From Anthoceros angustus (lineage: Eukaryota > Plantae > Anthocerotophyta): a DNA stretch of 64,000 bases. The notes under the pieces are model-generated. The model was not told where the DNA came from, made no database searches, and saw only the letters and a list, made by a program, of their open reading frames with translations. Position numbers and translations under genes: made by a program. Positions 12,717-24,936 of the stretch are shown here, piece by piece. The DNA lies in assembly GCA_010909165.1 (NCBI GenBank), contig VJWM01000288.1:1-64000 (forward strand), written 5' to 3'. Within the stretch, counting starts at the first letter, position 1, and every line of letters begins with the position of its first letter.

Positions 12717-15700
12717 TTAATTCCTTTGCCTGCACTGAGCAGTCCTCGCTTGTGGCTCATGATTCAATTCCTCCTCCTGAAGTACCTCATATCCATGTAT
12801 CCTTTGGGGAATGAATTCCACACATCGTTTGTCCAAGTCCACGGCGATGCATTGCGTTACAGTCACTGCTGCCCGCCTCGCACACGCATCTAATATCCAA
12901 TCTCCTTCTTTGGAGAAGTTGTTGATCATCTTACGCATCAACCCTAATGGCCTCGATAAGCACATACCACGAGCTTGTCCAATGACATATAAAGAAGCTT
13001 CTTGACGAGAGTTGTGCCCAATGATCACGACCATTATTGAACGAGCCAAGGACGGTGTTAGGTAACATTGAAACCTTGTTCTTCTTGTCATGTAGTTACC
13101 CCCCACCACCGTGATGTACTCGACGGTATCATATCCACCTTGATCATTATGCATGTTAGTTTTGTCCCATACTGAAGGAGACCATTCCTCCACGTGCACC
13201 ACCGTCGCATAGCCTCCCTCACGCAGTGCTCCTCCACCCCATGCATAACTATCATGCGGATTTCCTCACAACTCGTCATGTCATGGAAAGAGTGAAACAT
13301 GCCCATCCGTGTTTGGTCCATCTTTACATCATGCTTTCCTTGTTGAACAGGCACATCCATAACCAATAAAGTGTAATTCCTCTTCCAGTAAAACCCTCGG
13401 ATGTCCAACACATCTCGCTACCACTTGGTATTTCACGATACACTCCGTGGTTGGAACAGGAACGATCGCAGGCCTTCTTCCATGTCCATGTCGCTAGGGT
13501 CCTTTGTTCTGCTCTCCGGACCCTTCCATGTGTGCACTTCCGATGAAAGCACGGAAGTCCTCTCGTAGTTTTTCAAATCGCATCTTTCACTTGCCGCACC
13601 ACCGTCGTCGGTCAAAACCGTGAAGGTAGGGTGCGCCGCATGCCGCGCCTTCCCCACCCTACCTGGTTACAACCAAACGAAGGAAATGGTGGGAGAGGCC
13701 CCGTCCCACTCCAATGAGTCTTAAAACAAATGACACGTACTTTCCATCGAACTGCTTTGAAACCGTGCAATAACATCATCCGAAGAGTGCATTGGGTATT
13801 CCCGCCTAACCATCTCAAGGAGTCACATCCTAAGTGTTTCGCCATCGCCACTTGGATGACATGAAGTTTCTTCCAGATCACCTCCTTGGACATACCATTC
13901 GTCTAGTAAACTGTCAAAACCTTTTCTCACACTAATCAAGATTTTCACCCTCTCCGTGGAATTCCTTGAAAGCGCCATGGTTTCCTTGCATCTCTTTGGG
14001 CTTAACAAAACGCTTTCCATGCCTTCACCTCTTCTCCAACTTTGCGCTTGCTCTTCTTGCTAGTACTGCAACATGTTTGGCCCGCTGAAGTTCCATCGCC
14101 TCCCACTTGGTGAAGATCATCCCACGTTTTCCCACACCTTTCCCTCCGGTTTGCTATGCATAGTATATGTGTCCGGTTGTCCACTTTGTTTTGCTTGTAT
14201 TGCTCATCTTCCCGACCTGGCCATCCTCTATCAGCCCAAGCACCTTGTATAAATTGAACTTCCAGTTCATGCTCATTGTCACACCATCCCGCTTTGCAAT
14301 CTGAAGTTCATCCCTGAGGTATCTGACCTGCTCGATAAAGTTCATCTTTTTCCTCTTGTCCGACATTGTGTTGTGGTCAGTTGCCAGTACTCGCATCTCC
14401 TGTAGAGTTAGCCCGCAATAGACATGGGCCTCCATCCATTGGAACCTTGCCTTCCCTGGTGATATATCGGCCGTGCTATGGCGGCGTAAGTATGATTGCC
14501 TCCCAAGACCCCATAATATACTTCTTTGCCCGGAACTTTTTCCAGTCTAATGTTTTGATATCCCTGCACTCAGATGGGTCAATCATACAAAGCAAAGGCA
14601 GCACACCTTCTTCAATACGACCCTTCGAGATGACGCGAGCCAGGTAGTTCGCCCAAGCCTCATCCACTTGACGAACCTGAGCATCTGGAGTTAGAAACGA
14701 AGCTGCCCTCAAATTCTCCAGCTTTACAAGTACTGTTTCTGGCACCACCTTCTTCGCATATGCACTTTCTGCAAATAATCCTCATGCATCATAGAGGCTT
14801 CCAGTCTTTCTCCATCTGTTGAGACATGCAATGTTGGAATCTCATTGTTGTCGCCTTGGGACGCTTGAACTTTTTCCCGCTGCTCTACCGAACGCGTTCC
14901 GCACTCCGGACTGCGTGCCCACCACCTTCCTCATCATGCATGCTTTTCCGCTTCTCATGGCCCCGACGCCTTCCGACCGCAAGCCTGAGCAGGCGTGCCG
15001 GCGCCTACCTCCACTCCGCCCGGCGGCATGCCGCGCCTCCTCCTCTACAGGGGCGCGCCGCATGCCGCGCCTCCTCCTCCCCACATGCAGAGGGCGCATG
15101 CCGCGCCTTCATCCACCCTCGGGAGGGGCGCCGGCATGGGCGCTCGCCGCTGCATCATGCCGGCATGCCGGCCCTCTTCCTCACCATAGTCGAGGGCGCG
15201 GCATGCGCCCCCCGCCTCCCCTCTTCCATGTAGCAGGGACTCCTCCCATGGTGCTTGGATGGCGACGACCTTGGAAGGAATCAGCCGCCGCAAAGAAACC
15301 TCCCTCCATCACCCTCGCCTCCCCATCATCCTCTTCAAATGCCTCCGCATCCGAATGACCCAGAACTCGGAATAGGCCCATCCTCCTCATCGGAAGGTCC
15401 GAACTCGCCTCATTGTCTTCTACTTCCACGGTTTGAAGTCCTGCCTTGTCCTCCTCGGTGACATCTCTCGTCGATGACGGATAATGGAGCTCGTAATCAC
15501 CTCACACAAGCACCAGAAATGTTCTCTCACTGTCATCAGAAGCACACCGTTAGTCGCATCAATGCAATCAACGCGGTGGCGAATGCTCGAATTAAGAAGT
15601 GTACTCACATTCTCAGCTCAACGCCTCGAAAAGTGGACAACTCCTTTGGCTCACATTTCTTCCGTGCAAACATGCCACTTTCAAGATACAGTGTAATCAT

Positions 15701-16305
15701 CGGCGATGCGAATGCGTCCACTTCATAAGGCCTTGAAGTGCAAAGAATCCAGCTCGGGTCTCGCCCTCCATCCAAAGTTGCCCACAGGACCCATCCCGCC
15801 TTGCTCTCTGGTTTGCGTGCACCGTTGAACCCAAAACCCAAAGCGATCGGCGCCCATAGCACGCTTTCTTCATCCGGCTCCTCTGTTTGTGTCAACAACC
15901 ATTCCGAAGCATAGTGTCCTCAAGCTGGTTCATGTGCCTCCGCATGCATGCCTCCTCATACGAGTATGGGAGGGAATTGATCCGGATTTCCCACCCTCAA
16001 TCCTTTGGACAAGCGGACTTCTCTCCACCACCAACTCTTGTGGTGCTTGCCTTGAATTGAGTGACCCGGACTTTGTCTCCGCCTTCCTGTTCCACCTCCA
16101 CCTTGCTCAAGGTTGGAAAGCATGTCCGCCCCAGGGAGATCGCAGATCGCGGAGGATCCGTGGTTCTCGATTTCGCCTCCTTCTTGCTTTTAGATTTCTT
16201 ACGCCTCCGCGGCTTCTCCAACAAGTCCGTGGTTAGGCCACGCATCGGGAGGTCCTTCTGCGGGCGCCCGCCGCCATCGTCTGTAGCACCAAAGATAGGC
16301 ATCAA
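12717..16305 (-). pseudogene. ParB-like domain fused to beta-class N4-cytosine/N6-adenine DNA methyltransferase; spliced, frameshifted in this assembly
   Basis: N to C: QVRQVDEAWANYL (14476-14748), frameshifted VLGGNHTYAAI (~14477-14509), AHVYCGLTLQEMRVLATDHN..MNFIEQVRYLR (14154-14435), motif-IV-like LLVMDVPV (~13346-13370), then RPLGLMRKMINNFSKEGDWILDACA..CIAVDLDKRCVE (motifs X/I/II, ~12815-12955). Splice-like sites near 14817, 15270 and 13662. 5' end uncertain. Confidence 0.75.
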
Positions 16306-18457
16306 ACACGCTCAATCCGGATTAGGCAAGCACCAATTCTATTTGACAAGGAATTTCTCACTGTCGTCCTCGAAAGGATGGAGAGCTGGTGGCGAGGGTC
16401 GCCGACGCAAATTGTTGGGAAAACCACGCGGCCTCGCTTGAATCGCAGACGCGCTCGCGTTGGAAGAGCTCGTTACGCCTACCGCTTGCGGCTCGGTAGA
16501 AGAAGGACTCCACCGTTCGGGTTTATAAGGAGTGGCAGAAACCCTACCGCCGAATAAACGTAACGCGTCCGAGTTATTGTCCTTATCGCCTATGTATGGA
16601 GGAACAAGGACCGAATATGGTGTGCGTTTGATGTTCTTTTAACCCATACCCAACATACGCCCACACACCCGCTGCGATGGCGTCCTTCGCATTGTCGATT
16701 GCACATCATTTTGCAAGGTAGTGTGACTCAACTACGTGTTTGTTTATCTACGCTGCATGCGCAAGCCCAATATGCAATTGGGTAAGAAAGCGTTTTCATA
16801 CGCCGGATACCCTTTTTTCCAGCCGCTATTGATGGCTACCGCTTCATTTTAACTATGGTAGGCATATGCGGCAAGCATAGTAGCATAATAGCACCGGGCC
16901 CTCCATTACTTGAAATCTATTTAGGATTTGGCAATCAAGTGATTTGTCCTCCACGGCTTCCCGCCTCCTCGGTGACATCTCTCGATGACGGATAATGGAG
17001 CTCGTAATCACCTCACACAAGCACTGTAAATGTTCTCTCACTGTCCATCACAGAAGCACACCGTTAGGTCGCATCAATGCAATCAACGCGGTGGCGAATG
17101 CTGGAATTAAGAAGTGTACTCACATTCTCAACGTGCTCGAAAAGTGCTGGACAACTCCTTTGGCTCACATTTCTTCCGTGCAAACATGCCACTTTCAACA
17201 GACATACAGTGTAATCACGACGATGCCGCAATGCGTCCACTTCATAAGGCCTTGAAGTGCAAAGAATCCAGCTCGGGTCTCGCCCTCCATCCAAAGTTGC
17301 CCACAGGACCCATCCCGCCTTGCTCTCTGGTTTGCGCACCGTTGAACCCAAAACCCAAAGCTTGACGCCCATAGCTTTCTTCATCCGGCTCCTGCTTTGT
17401 GTCAACAACCATTCCCGCCGAAGCATAGTGTCCTCAAGCTGGTTCATGTGCCTCCGCGCACGCCTCTCCTCATACGAGTATGGGAGGGAATTGATCTGGA
17501 TTTCCCACCCTCAATCCTTTGGACAAGCGGACTTCTCTCCACCACCAACCGCCTTTGTGGTGCTTGCCTTGAATTGAGTGACCCACTTTGTCTCCCTTCC
17601 TGCTCCACCTCCACCTTGCTCAAGGTTGGAAAGCATGTCCCCGAGGCGTAGATCGATCGCGCGGAGGATCCGTGGTTCTCGATTTCGCCTCCTTCTTGCT
17701 TTTAGATTTCTTCCGCCTCCGCGGCTTCCAACAAGTCTCCGTGGTTAGGCCTGACGGGAGGTCCTTCTTCTGCGGCCCGCCGCCATCGTCTGTAGCACCA
17801 AAGATAGGCATCAAACACGCTCAATCCGGATTAGGCAAGCACCAATTCTATTTCGGACAAGGAATTTCTCACCCGTCCTCGAAAGGATGGAGAGCTGGGG
17901 GCGAGGGTCGCCGACGGCAAATTGTTGGGAAAACCACGCGGCCTCGCTTGAATCGCCCGCGTTGGAAGAGCGCCACGCGCGCTCGCCTGTAGAAGAAGGA
18001 CTTCAATTCGGGTTTATAAGGAGCCGGGCAGAAACCCTAATTTCGCGCCATCAGAACGCGTCCGAGTTATTGTCCTTATCGACTATGTATGGAGGAACAA
18101 GGACCGGAATATGTGGTCTCGTATGTCGATGTTCTTTTAACCCATACCCAACATACGCCCACACACCCGCTGTCGCGGCGTCCTTCGCATTGTCGATTGC
18201 ACATCATTTTGCAAGGTAGTGATCAACTACGTGTTTGTTTATCTACGCATGCAAGCCAATATGCAATTGGGTAAGTAAGAAAGCGTTTTCATAGCCCGGA
18301 TACCCTTTTTTCCGGCTATTGATGGCTACCGCTTCATTTTAACTCTATGGTAGCGGCATATGCGGCAGATAGTAGCATAATAGCACCGCCCTCCATTACT
18401 TGAAATCTATTTAGGATTTGGCAATCAAGTGATTTGTCTCTCCACGGCTTCCCGCCT
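15450..18457. repeat. Tandem duplication, ~1.5-kb unit (about 15450-16965 and 16965-18457)
   Basis: Both units begin CCTCCTCGGTGACATCTCTCG and end GGCAATCAAGTGATTTGTC..CCACGGCTTCCCGCCTC; they differ by many 1-3 nt indels. Confidence 0.93.
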
Positions 18458-21400
18458 CTGCGGTCAAGTCATGTACCACACACCACCACCTTTTATCACA
18501 CTTGTCGCGTAGCCGTCGTAACCTTGAGCTACGAGTCCAACACAATGCTCCAGTTCACACACTCAAGACGCGGCGATGTGGGTTTCCGTTATGTGCCCTT
18601 TCATTCCTTGACCGATACCAACGATTGCTATGTCATTGACAATGTAGATGTGCGGGGTCAAGAGACGAAGATTTCGGGCAAAATCAAGATGTTTCACGCC
18701 CAAAGAGTACGATCCCGAAAGAGTGAAAGGCAGCTGGCCCCTCCGTCTCGCCAGTAAAATGCAAAGTCCTTGCCACCTCTCGCCACAAAGTATGTATTCT
18801 TTGGCCGATGAGTCGTCGGAGTCGTTGCCTTCGCCTCCATACTCATTGGCATAGGTTTGTGTTAGTGGCTCGATCCCGGGATGCGTGTTGGGTCCAGGTG
18901 GAGAAGAACTCACTCACGCCTCGTATGCCCAGCTATGTTCCCCGACTTCCGTGAACCGAACCTCTACTCGCCATAGATAGAAGCCCGTCTGGAAGGAGGA
19001 AAGTTGGTGTCTGCGGGTGGAGGCAGTACCAGGGATTGTTCACTACTATTTCCAAGATCAAGATGCGGGACGCCTATGCAGATGAGGACAATGTCTTCCA
19101 GACACCCCAACCATTGAGAAGTTTGGACGGGCCGATCCGTCACTTTCCATCCAAGCCTTTGGCCGATACCTTTCATTTAGCACATGTGGGCTTCCGTGTG
19201 CGAGCGCGGGCGGTGTGTCTTTGAGGAAAAGTGAAGGCGATTCCGGGAGAGGATTTCAAAGCCTTGTTGCAACAAATTGTGCATCCGCAAGTTCACAAAG
19301 AAGCTTTTCATGAGCAACGGCTGTGTTTGAGAATGGGACCGAGCAAGAGACATTGCATCAGCGGCGATTTGACGGTGCCACAACAAGGGATGTGGTTTTC
19401 ACTCACCTCATGGGTCGATTCCTATGCAATGTTGTTTGAAAGCCTTCCGACGTATATATCGCATAGGGTCCGCAAGGAGGAGTTGAAGCGGAGGGTTATT
19501 CTCAACGCACCATGGGACGCTAATAAGGCCACTGTGTACAATCCTCCCATGCTTTGGCTGCAATTGCACGGATGGATGCGACTTTCCTTCACTTGGCCGA
19601 GCGATCGCCGAATGTGGAGGTATACAATCTACGACACTTTCACGAAGCATGAGGTTTGGATACAATACAGGAGTGGAATGGAGTCAAAAGGTGAACGCTT
19701 TGTGTCGATGCATATTTCTTGCATGTGAATTTCAAGCGGTGAAGATACCCAAGTCAAACAGATTCTCGACTTGTTCCATATGCGGGTGAAGTTCAACATA
19801 CGGAGCACCGATGCTCGGAGTTGACCAAGGTAGGCCTCCTCCGCCTATTGTGGTCCGCCATGCATGGCATAAAAGCATGTGGAGTAATGGAGGAGTTAGC
19901 GGCGGATGCGGGCTGCAGTCTTGCCGGTCGCGGCGGTGATGTCTCGAGTCGCCGGCCGGCGCCCGACACGTTGTTTTGTACGCGGGCGGAGCCTCCACCG
20001 AGAAAGGAGCCGCATGGCGGCACCATGCGGCGGGTACTGCATGGCGGCGCCTCCAAGTGACAAAGGGATGTCGCCGTGCCCGGCGCCGTTTTGTGCCGTG
20101 GTGGCCTGCCGCATCGATGAGAGGCGCCCCTGCTTGTGTCGGAGAGGCGGCCATGGCGGCGCCATGCACCAGGGGCCGCATGCCGCGCCCCAAATGTGGA
20201 GTGCACGATAGCGGCGACGCGGGCCTAAAGCGCGGTGAACTACGGGTGCTTTGTTGTGCAGATGAGGAAGCTTGCCCGCCTTGCACTCCGGTGCTCGCAT
20301 GCGCCCCAACCTACTTATAAGGTTCACTCCAACGATGGGAGGGGCATGTTGGCGTGGTCCGGGAAATGCATGGGTTGGGTTCTTGCCGTAACATTAACTT
20401 CCTGCGGGAGCCAGTTATGCATGTCACTATGCATTTGGACTGGAATAATAGGCAGATGTATGTCCTAGTTTCGATCTCGTTTCAATGCACGACACTCGCC
20501 TTCCCAAATAGCTCTTGTATGCAAAGTTATTGAATTTCGGTGCCCACAAGTCTCGACAATGGTGTTCCATGACATGCCTATGTATCAAGAGGCACTCAAC
20601 AAGCATCGGATACGATTGATGGAGGAACGGAAGAAGTTAATGCATCGAAGTCATAAGGAGCCGCAGAAATATATGTTGTTATCTATCGACGGCATGGACC
20701 AAAAACTTCCGCCGATAGCGGTGGCCAAAGGACTTGAAGGAGGATAGTCGGATCACGGTGCATGTTGTTGGATGCATGATACATAATTACACGCTGAAAG
20801 CGATCTCGCATTATGCCAATCGTGAATGATGCAAATTTAACAATAACTATTATCCAGACGTTATACACGATGAAGGATACTTCCCAAAGTCTTATACCGC
20901 TGGACAATACATGCCGAGAGAACAAGAACCAGCTTCTATTTGCGTCTTGAACATGCTCGTTGAACTCGGACGCTCGAGAAGGTGAAGGTTGGATTCCTCC
21001 TCGTGGGGCATACGACGACCAAGTGGATCAAATGTTTTCATGTTTTTCTAAGCATTTAAAACATAAGGAGGCGGACATTGCCAACTATGGAGGACATATT
21101 GAAGTCCTCGCTCACGCCGAATCCAGAGGTGAAAGTGTTGACAGAGGTGGCGACTTCCTGACACGTATGGCCATTACGCTTAGTGAACGCGGTCGGAAGT
21201 ATACGGGAAGTTGAACAACCTTTCATTTCAGACCAGTTCAAAATCACCGCGAGGACAAAGTTGGGCGGGAAAGGTTACCGTTATTCGCAGAAGCAATACT
21301 CCACTTGTGGGAATCAAGATGGGCTCGAATTCTTGACTTTTGTTCCAGACACGCCATCGGGCCCGCCCTTTGATGGCATGACGAAGGACAAGAAAGCTAG

Positions 21401-23457
21401 TGATGGTGGTTTGACCGCGTGAAGGCGAGATCACTTGAAAAAGGATCGTGAAGCTGCCAACATATTTGAATGTGGAGTGCGATAGGGCATGGCGACAAGG
21501 CCCTAAAGCGCGGTGAACTACGGGTGCTTTGTTGTGCACAGGAGGAAGCTTGCGCCGCCTCTTTGCACGCTCGCATGCCGCGCCTCAACCTACTTATAAG
21601 GTTCACTCCAGGAGGGAGGGGCATGTTGGCGGCTGTGGTCCGGGAAATGCATGGGTTGGGTTCTTGCCGTAACATTAACTTCGCAGAGCTGTATGCAATG
21701 CTACTATGCATTTGGACTGTGGAATAATAGCAGGCGTATGTCCTAGTTTCGATCTCGGTTTCAATGCACACTAGCCTTCCCAAATAGCTCCAGATGCAAA
21801 GTTATTGAATTTCGGTGCCCACAAGTCTCGACAATGGTGTTCCATGACATACCTATGTATCAAGAGGCACTCAACAAGCATCGGATACGATTGATGGAGG
21901 AACGGAAGAAGTTGACGCATCGGTGGTCATAAGGAGCCGCAAATATATGTTGTTATCTATCGAGCATGGACGAAAAACTTCTCTGCCGCATATTTTGCGG
22001 TGGCCAAAGGACTTGAAGGAGGATAGTCGGATCACGGTGCATGTTGTTGGATGCATGATACATAATTACACGCTCAGAGGCGGGCGATTCGCATTATGCC
22101 AATCTCGTGAATGATGCAAATTTAACAATAACTATTATCCAGACGTTATACACGTATGAAGGATACTTCCCAAAGTCTTATACCGCATGGACAATACATG
22201 CCGAGAGAACAAGAACCAGCTTCTATTTGCTTGAACATGCTCGTTGAACTCGGACGTTCGAGAAGGTGAAGGTTGGATTCCTCCTCGTTACACGACCAAG
22301 TGGATCAAATGTTTTCATGTTTTTCTAAGCATTTAAAACATAAGGAGGCCAGGACATTGCCAACTATGGAGGACATATTGAAGTCCTCGCTCACGAATCC
22401 AGAGGTGAAAGTGTTGTGAGGTGGTGACTTCGACATACGTATGGCCATTACATTAGTGAACGCGGCCGGAAGTATATCACGCGGTTCGGAAGTTGAACAA
22501 CCTTTCATTTCACTCAAAATCACCATGAGGACAAAGTTGGGCGGGAAAGGTTACCGTTATTCAGTAAGCAATACTCCACTTCCCTTGTGGAATCAAGATG
22601 GGCTCGATTCTTGACTTTTGTTCCAGACATCATCGGGCCCGCTCCTTTGATGGCTTTGGCGAAGGACAAGAAAGCTAGTGATGGTGGTTTGACCGCACGT
22701 GAAGGCGTGATCACTTGAAAAAGGATCGTGAAGCCAACATATTTGACTGTGGAGGAAGAATGGTGGATGGATTGGAATGATCAACACGAAATCGCAAATA
22801 TTGTGGATCATAACATTGGGCTTGTTACGCAAAACCCACGGAGATGGTAATGCGATAGGCTGCCCGGTCCCCTTTGCACATACCTAAGAAGTCAGATCGA
22901 CGAGGCTCTTTGCGTGATATACCACAGGGACATGTATCTAGGGGCCTACCAAACTATTGAACGCCAAGAAGAGGTGGCAAGAAGGATGGATGGCGATATT
23001 ATGGAGATACGTAAAGGAATGTTTATTGTGACAGAGGGTGACACACACACAATAGGGCGCCTGGTAGCGAAGGTTGTAAGTGTGCACCTTGGGGCCACCA
23101 GATGTTTTGTGCACGGTGGCGAATCGAGCACACGGATGCTTATGAGGGCAAGTATGTTGGAGAATTTTTCAAAGGAAGACAATGGACCACCACGCCAAAA
23201 AGGTCGGGAAAGGGAAAGGGCCCCAACATCCAAAAGGTTTTGTGCGAAAACCATTATTATATACTACGGGTTTCACTCACTTGTGGAAACATCCAGACGC
23301 AGCAGATAAGAAAGCTATAAAGGAAAAGTTGAGTGCGCCCGTCCTCACATTCAACCAAACACTGATGAGGCAATGGAGAGTGATGAAGATGGAGATGAGG
23401 CCTGTGGACGGGACGAGGGTCTCGATTCGAAGAGTAATGACATGTGCTAAGCAATAA
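18434..23457 (+). pseudogene. DUF7869-type RNase H-fold DDD transposase (Sola-like); spliced, frameshifted, core duplicated
   Basis: VKIPKSNRFSTCSIC (~19739-19783), YMLLSIDGMDQK (~20670-20705), DNTCRENKNQ (~20902-20931), EKVKVGFLLVGHT(H)DQVDQMFSCFSKHLK (~20975-21060). The same motifs recur at ~21945-22335. C-terminal part at 22914-23457. Start uncertain. Confidence 0.78.
20195..22753. repeat. Tandem duplication, ~1.28-kb unit (about 20195-21477 and 21471-22753)
   Basis: Units begin TGTGGAGTGC and end TCACTTGAAAAAGGATCGTGAAGC..CATATTTGA.TGTGGAG; junction microhomology TGTGGAG. Confidence 0.93.
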
Positions 23458-23688
23458 ATAACAAGGGAACCTTATGTTTATCCCTAATTTCTCTTCATGG
23501 CATAGGGTTTGAAAGTCGGACACCGAGTTGTCGGGCATAAGTTTCATGTTCTTGTCATACATTGTTTTAAGACATGCAGACCACCATGCCCGATGTGTAC
23601 ATCTTAAATGTCACCTTGTACCGCCTACCATGTTTTGGCAGAATACACTAGCGCAATACATTTCATGATTACACAATTGCACTAGTCA

Positions 23689-24423
23689 TTAACATTTGCC
23701 GTTATAGAAGAATCGTGATGGTGACATGGACGCTTGTGCTCCACTTTCCACCTCTAGACGCCATATGCTCCCATACATCGTGTTCGCTTCCGCCATCAGA
23801 TAACATGATATATCCGCGCTTTGCGCCGCCGTCAGAGCCTCGGCAAAAGACGCGATGCCGCCCATGCCACACCCAACAATCGCCGATACATTTTCGGTGA
23901 TATGACAACCTCTACAAAACCCATACCATAGTTGTTCCATGTTCCATGTGATTTTAAATGTTGATTGCTCTGGCCACAATGATTGCAACACAAGCCACCG
24001 AAACTCGAACGACTCCTTTTTTTCGCAATGAGGGGAGAGAACATGGGTACTTTTCTACAAACGCATGATAAGCGCAGAGAGCACCGTTTCCGAATCAGAT
24101 GGTACAACTGTCTCGACGTGATCTTCACCCTTATTTTCTCGTCACGCCATAATCCCAAACATGCCGCTTTAATAACCATCTTAAACCCGGATCCACGATA
24201 TACTTCCCCTGAGCCATGTATATTCAAATATTTCCAAATATTATGTCGCTCTTGTAGTTTTAGAATGATTGTGTTCTCAAATTGTTCAATGTCCGATTGT
24301 GGGGTAGGGTGTACAAGTTGTCTGCAGAGCCGGGAACGATTAGGAGGCTATGTTGCCCATAGGTTTTGTAGGCTTGTGCGTGTTTCTCCTCGATCCGTGG
24401 CCGGATTGATGGGTGTGAGCATC
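23689..24423 (-). pseudogene. Unassigned fragmented ORF inside the large element, convergent with the transposase
   Basis: Overlapping minus-strand frames (23832-24227, 23689-23991 and an upstream extension) with globular-looking composition; no recognised motif. Confidence 0.35.
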
Positions 24424-24723
24424 AATTGTTGTGGTAAACTGCCTAATCATTGTGGGTGCTGTGTCTATTGGGTGAATAGGAAGGAGAAGTCTACGATGCC
24501 CAACAGATCAATGGGTCATAGAATTCACGTAATTCAAGTTCCTTCCTCATGATTAGGAGCGGAGTGTGCTTTGAGCCATGCGACACCCACAGTTTTCTTG
24601 TGCCTCTTTTAGGCATGCATTCTCACGCTGTTTCTTTGTAATTCTAGTGTATGTTGTTTCAGAGGCGCGCTGGCGACGCCTCCTGCTACATATTAGGTAT
24701 TGAAATGTGCCCGCCTGATACTA

Positions 24724-24936
24724 TGTAAAAAGCGGTCCAGATGGTCCAGGATCCGCAGATGTTATTCGATTAGACATTGGTGAGCAGTGTGCTCAATACA
24801 TTGGGGTTGTGCCCAAGCATTGCGTGGGTAACTGCCTCAATGTCGGTTCGCTTGAATGCCTCATTCGAGTATCCGGCTTATTGCTTCGGCAATACGAACC
24901 GCGGCTCAAGGGCTAGTAACTTAACAAACTTAATGT
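24724..24936 (-). repeat. 5' LTR of copia 2
   Basis: TGTAAAAAGCGGTCCAGATGGTCCAGGATCC...GCTCAATACATTGGG...AATACGAACC...AACTTAA matches 7138-7352 with small indels. Preceded by GCCTGATACTA, a degenerate tRNA-iMet PBS (consensus GCTCTGATACCA). Confidence 0.85.

Larger units (their letters stand above)
12057..24632. mobile_element. Large cargo-carrying DNA transposon (transposase + ParB-methyltransferase + unknown ORF) inserted in the copia-2 leader
   Basis: Non-copia sequence between gag ATG (11955) and PBS (~24712), containing the genes listed below. Ends are tentative: AGTGTGAGAAT (12060-12070) vs reverse complement of 24619-24629 AGCGTGAGAAT (10/11 match); no clean TSD seen. Confidence 0.7.
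7138..24936 (-). mobile_element. Ty1/copia LTR retrotransposon 2 with both LTRs and a large insertion in its 5' leader
   Basis: Two ~210-bp homologous LTRs, PPT next to the left LTR, PBS-like sequence next to the right LTR, candidate TSD GGTGG (7133-7137 and 24937-24941), and gag-pol fragments at 7398-11955. Confidence 0.85.

Noticed and set aside
12717-14750. Bacterial contamination or restriction-modification operon
   Set aside because: The methylase has splice-like interruptions, no recognisable endonuclease partner, and lies inside a copia element contiguous with plant genes.
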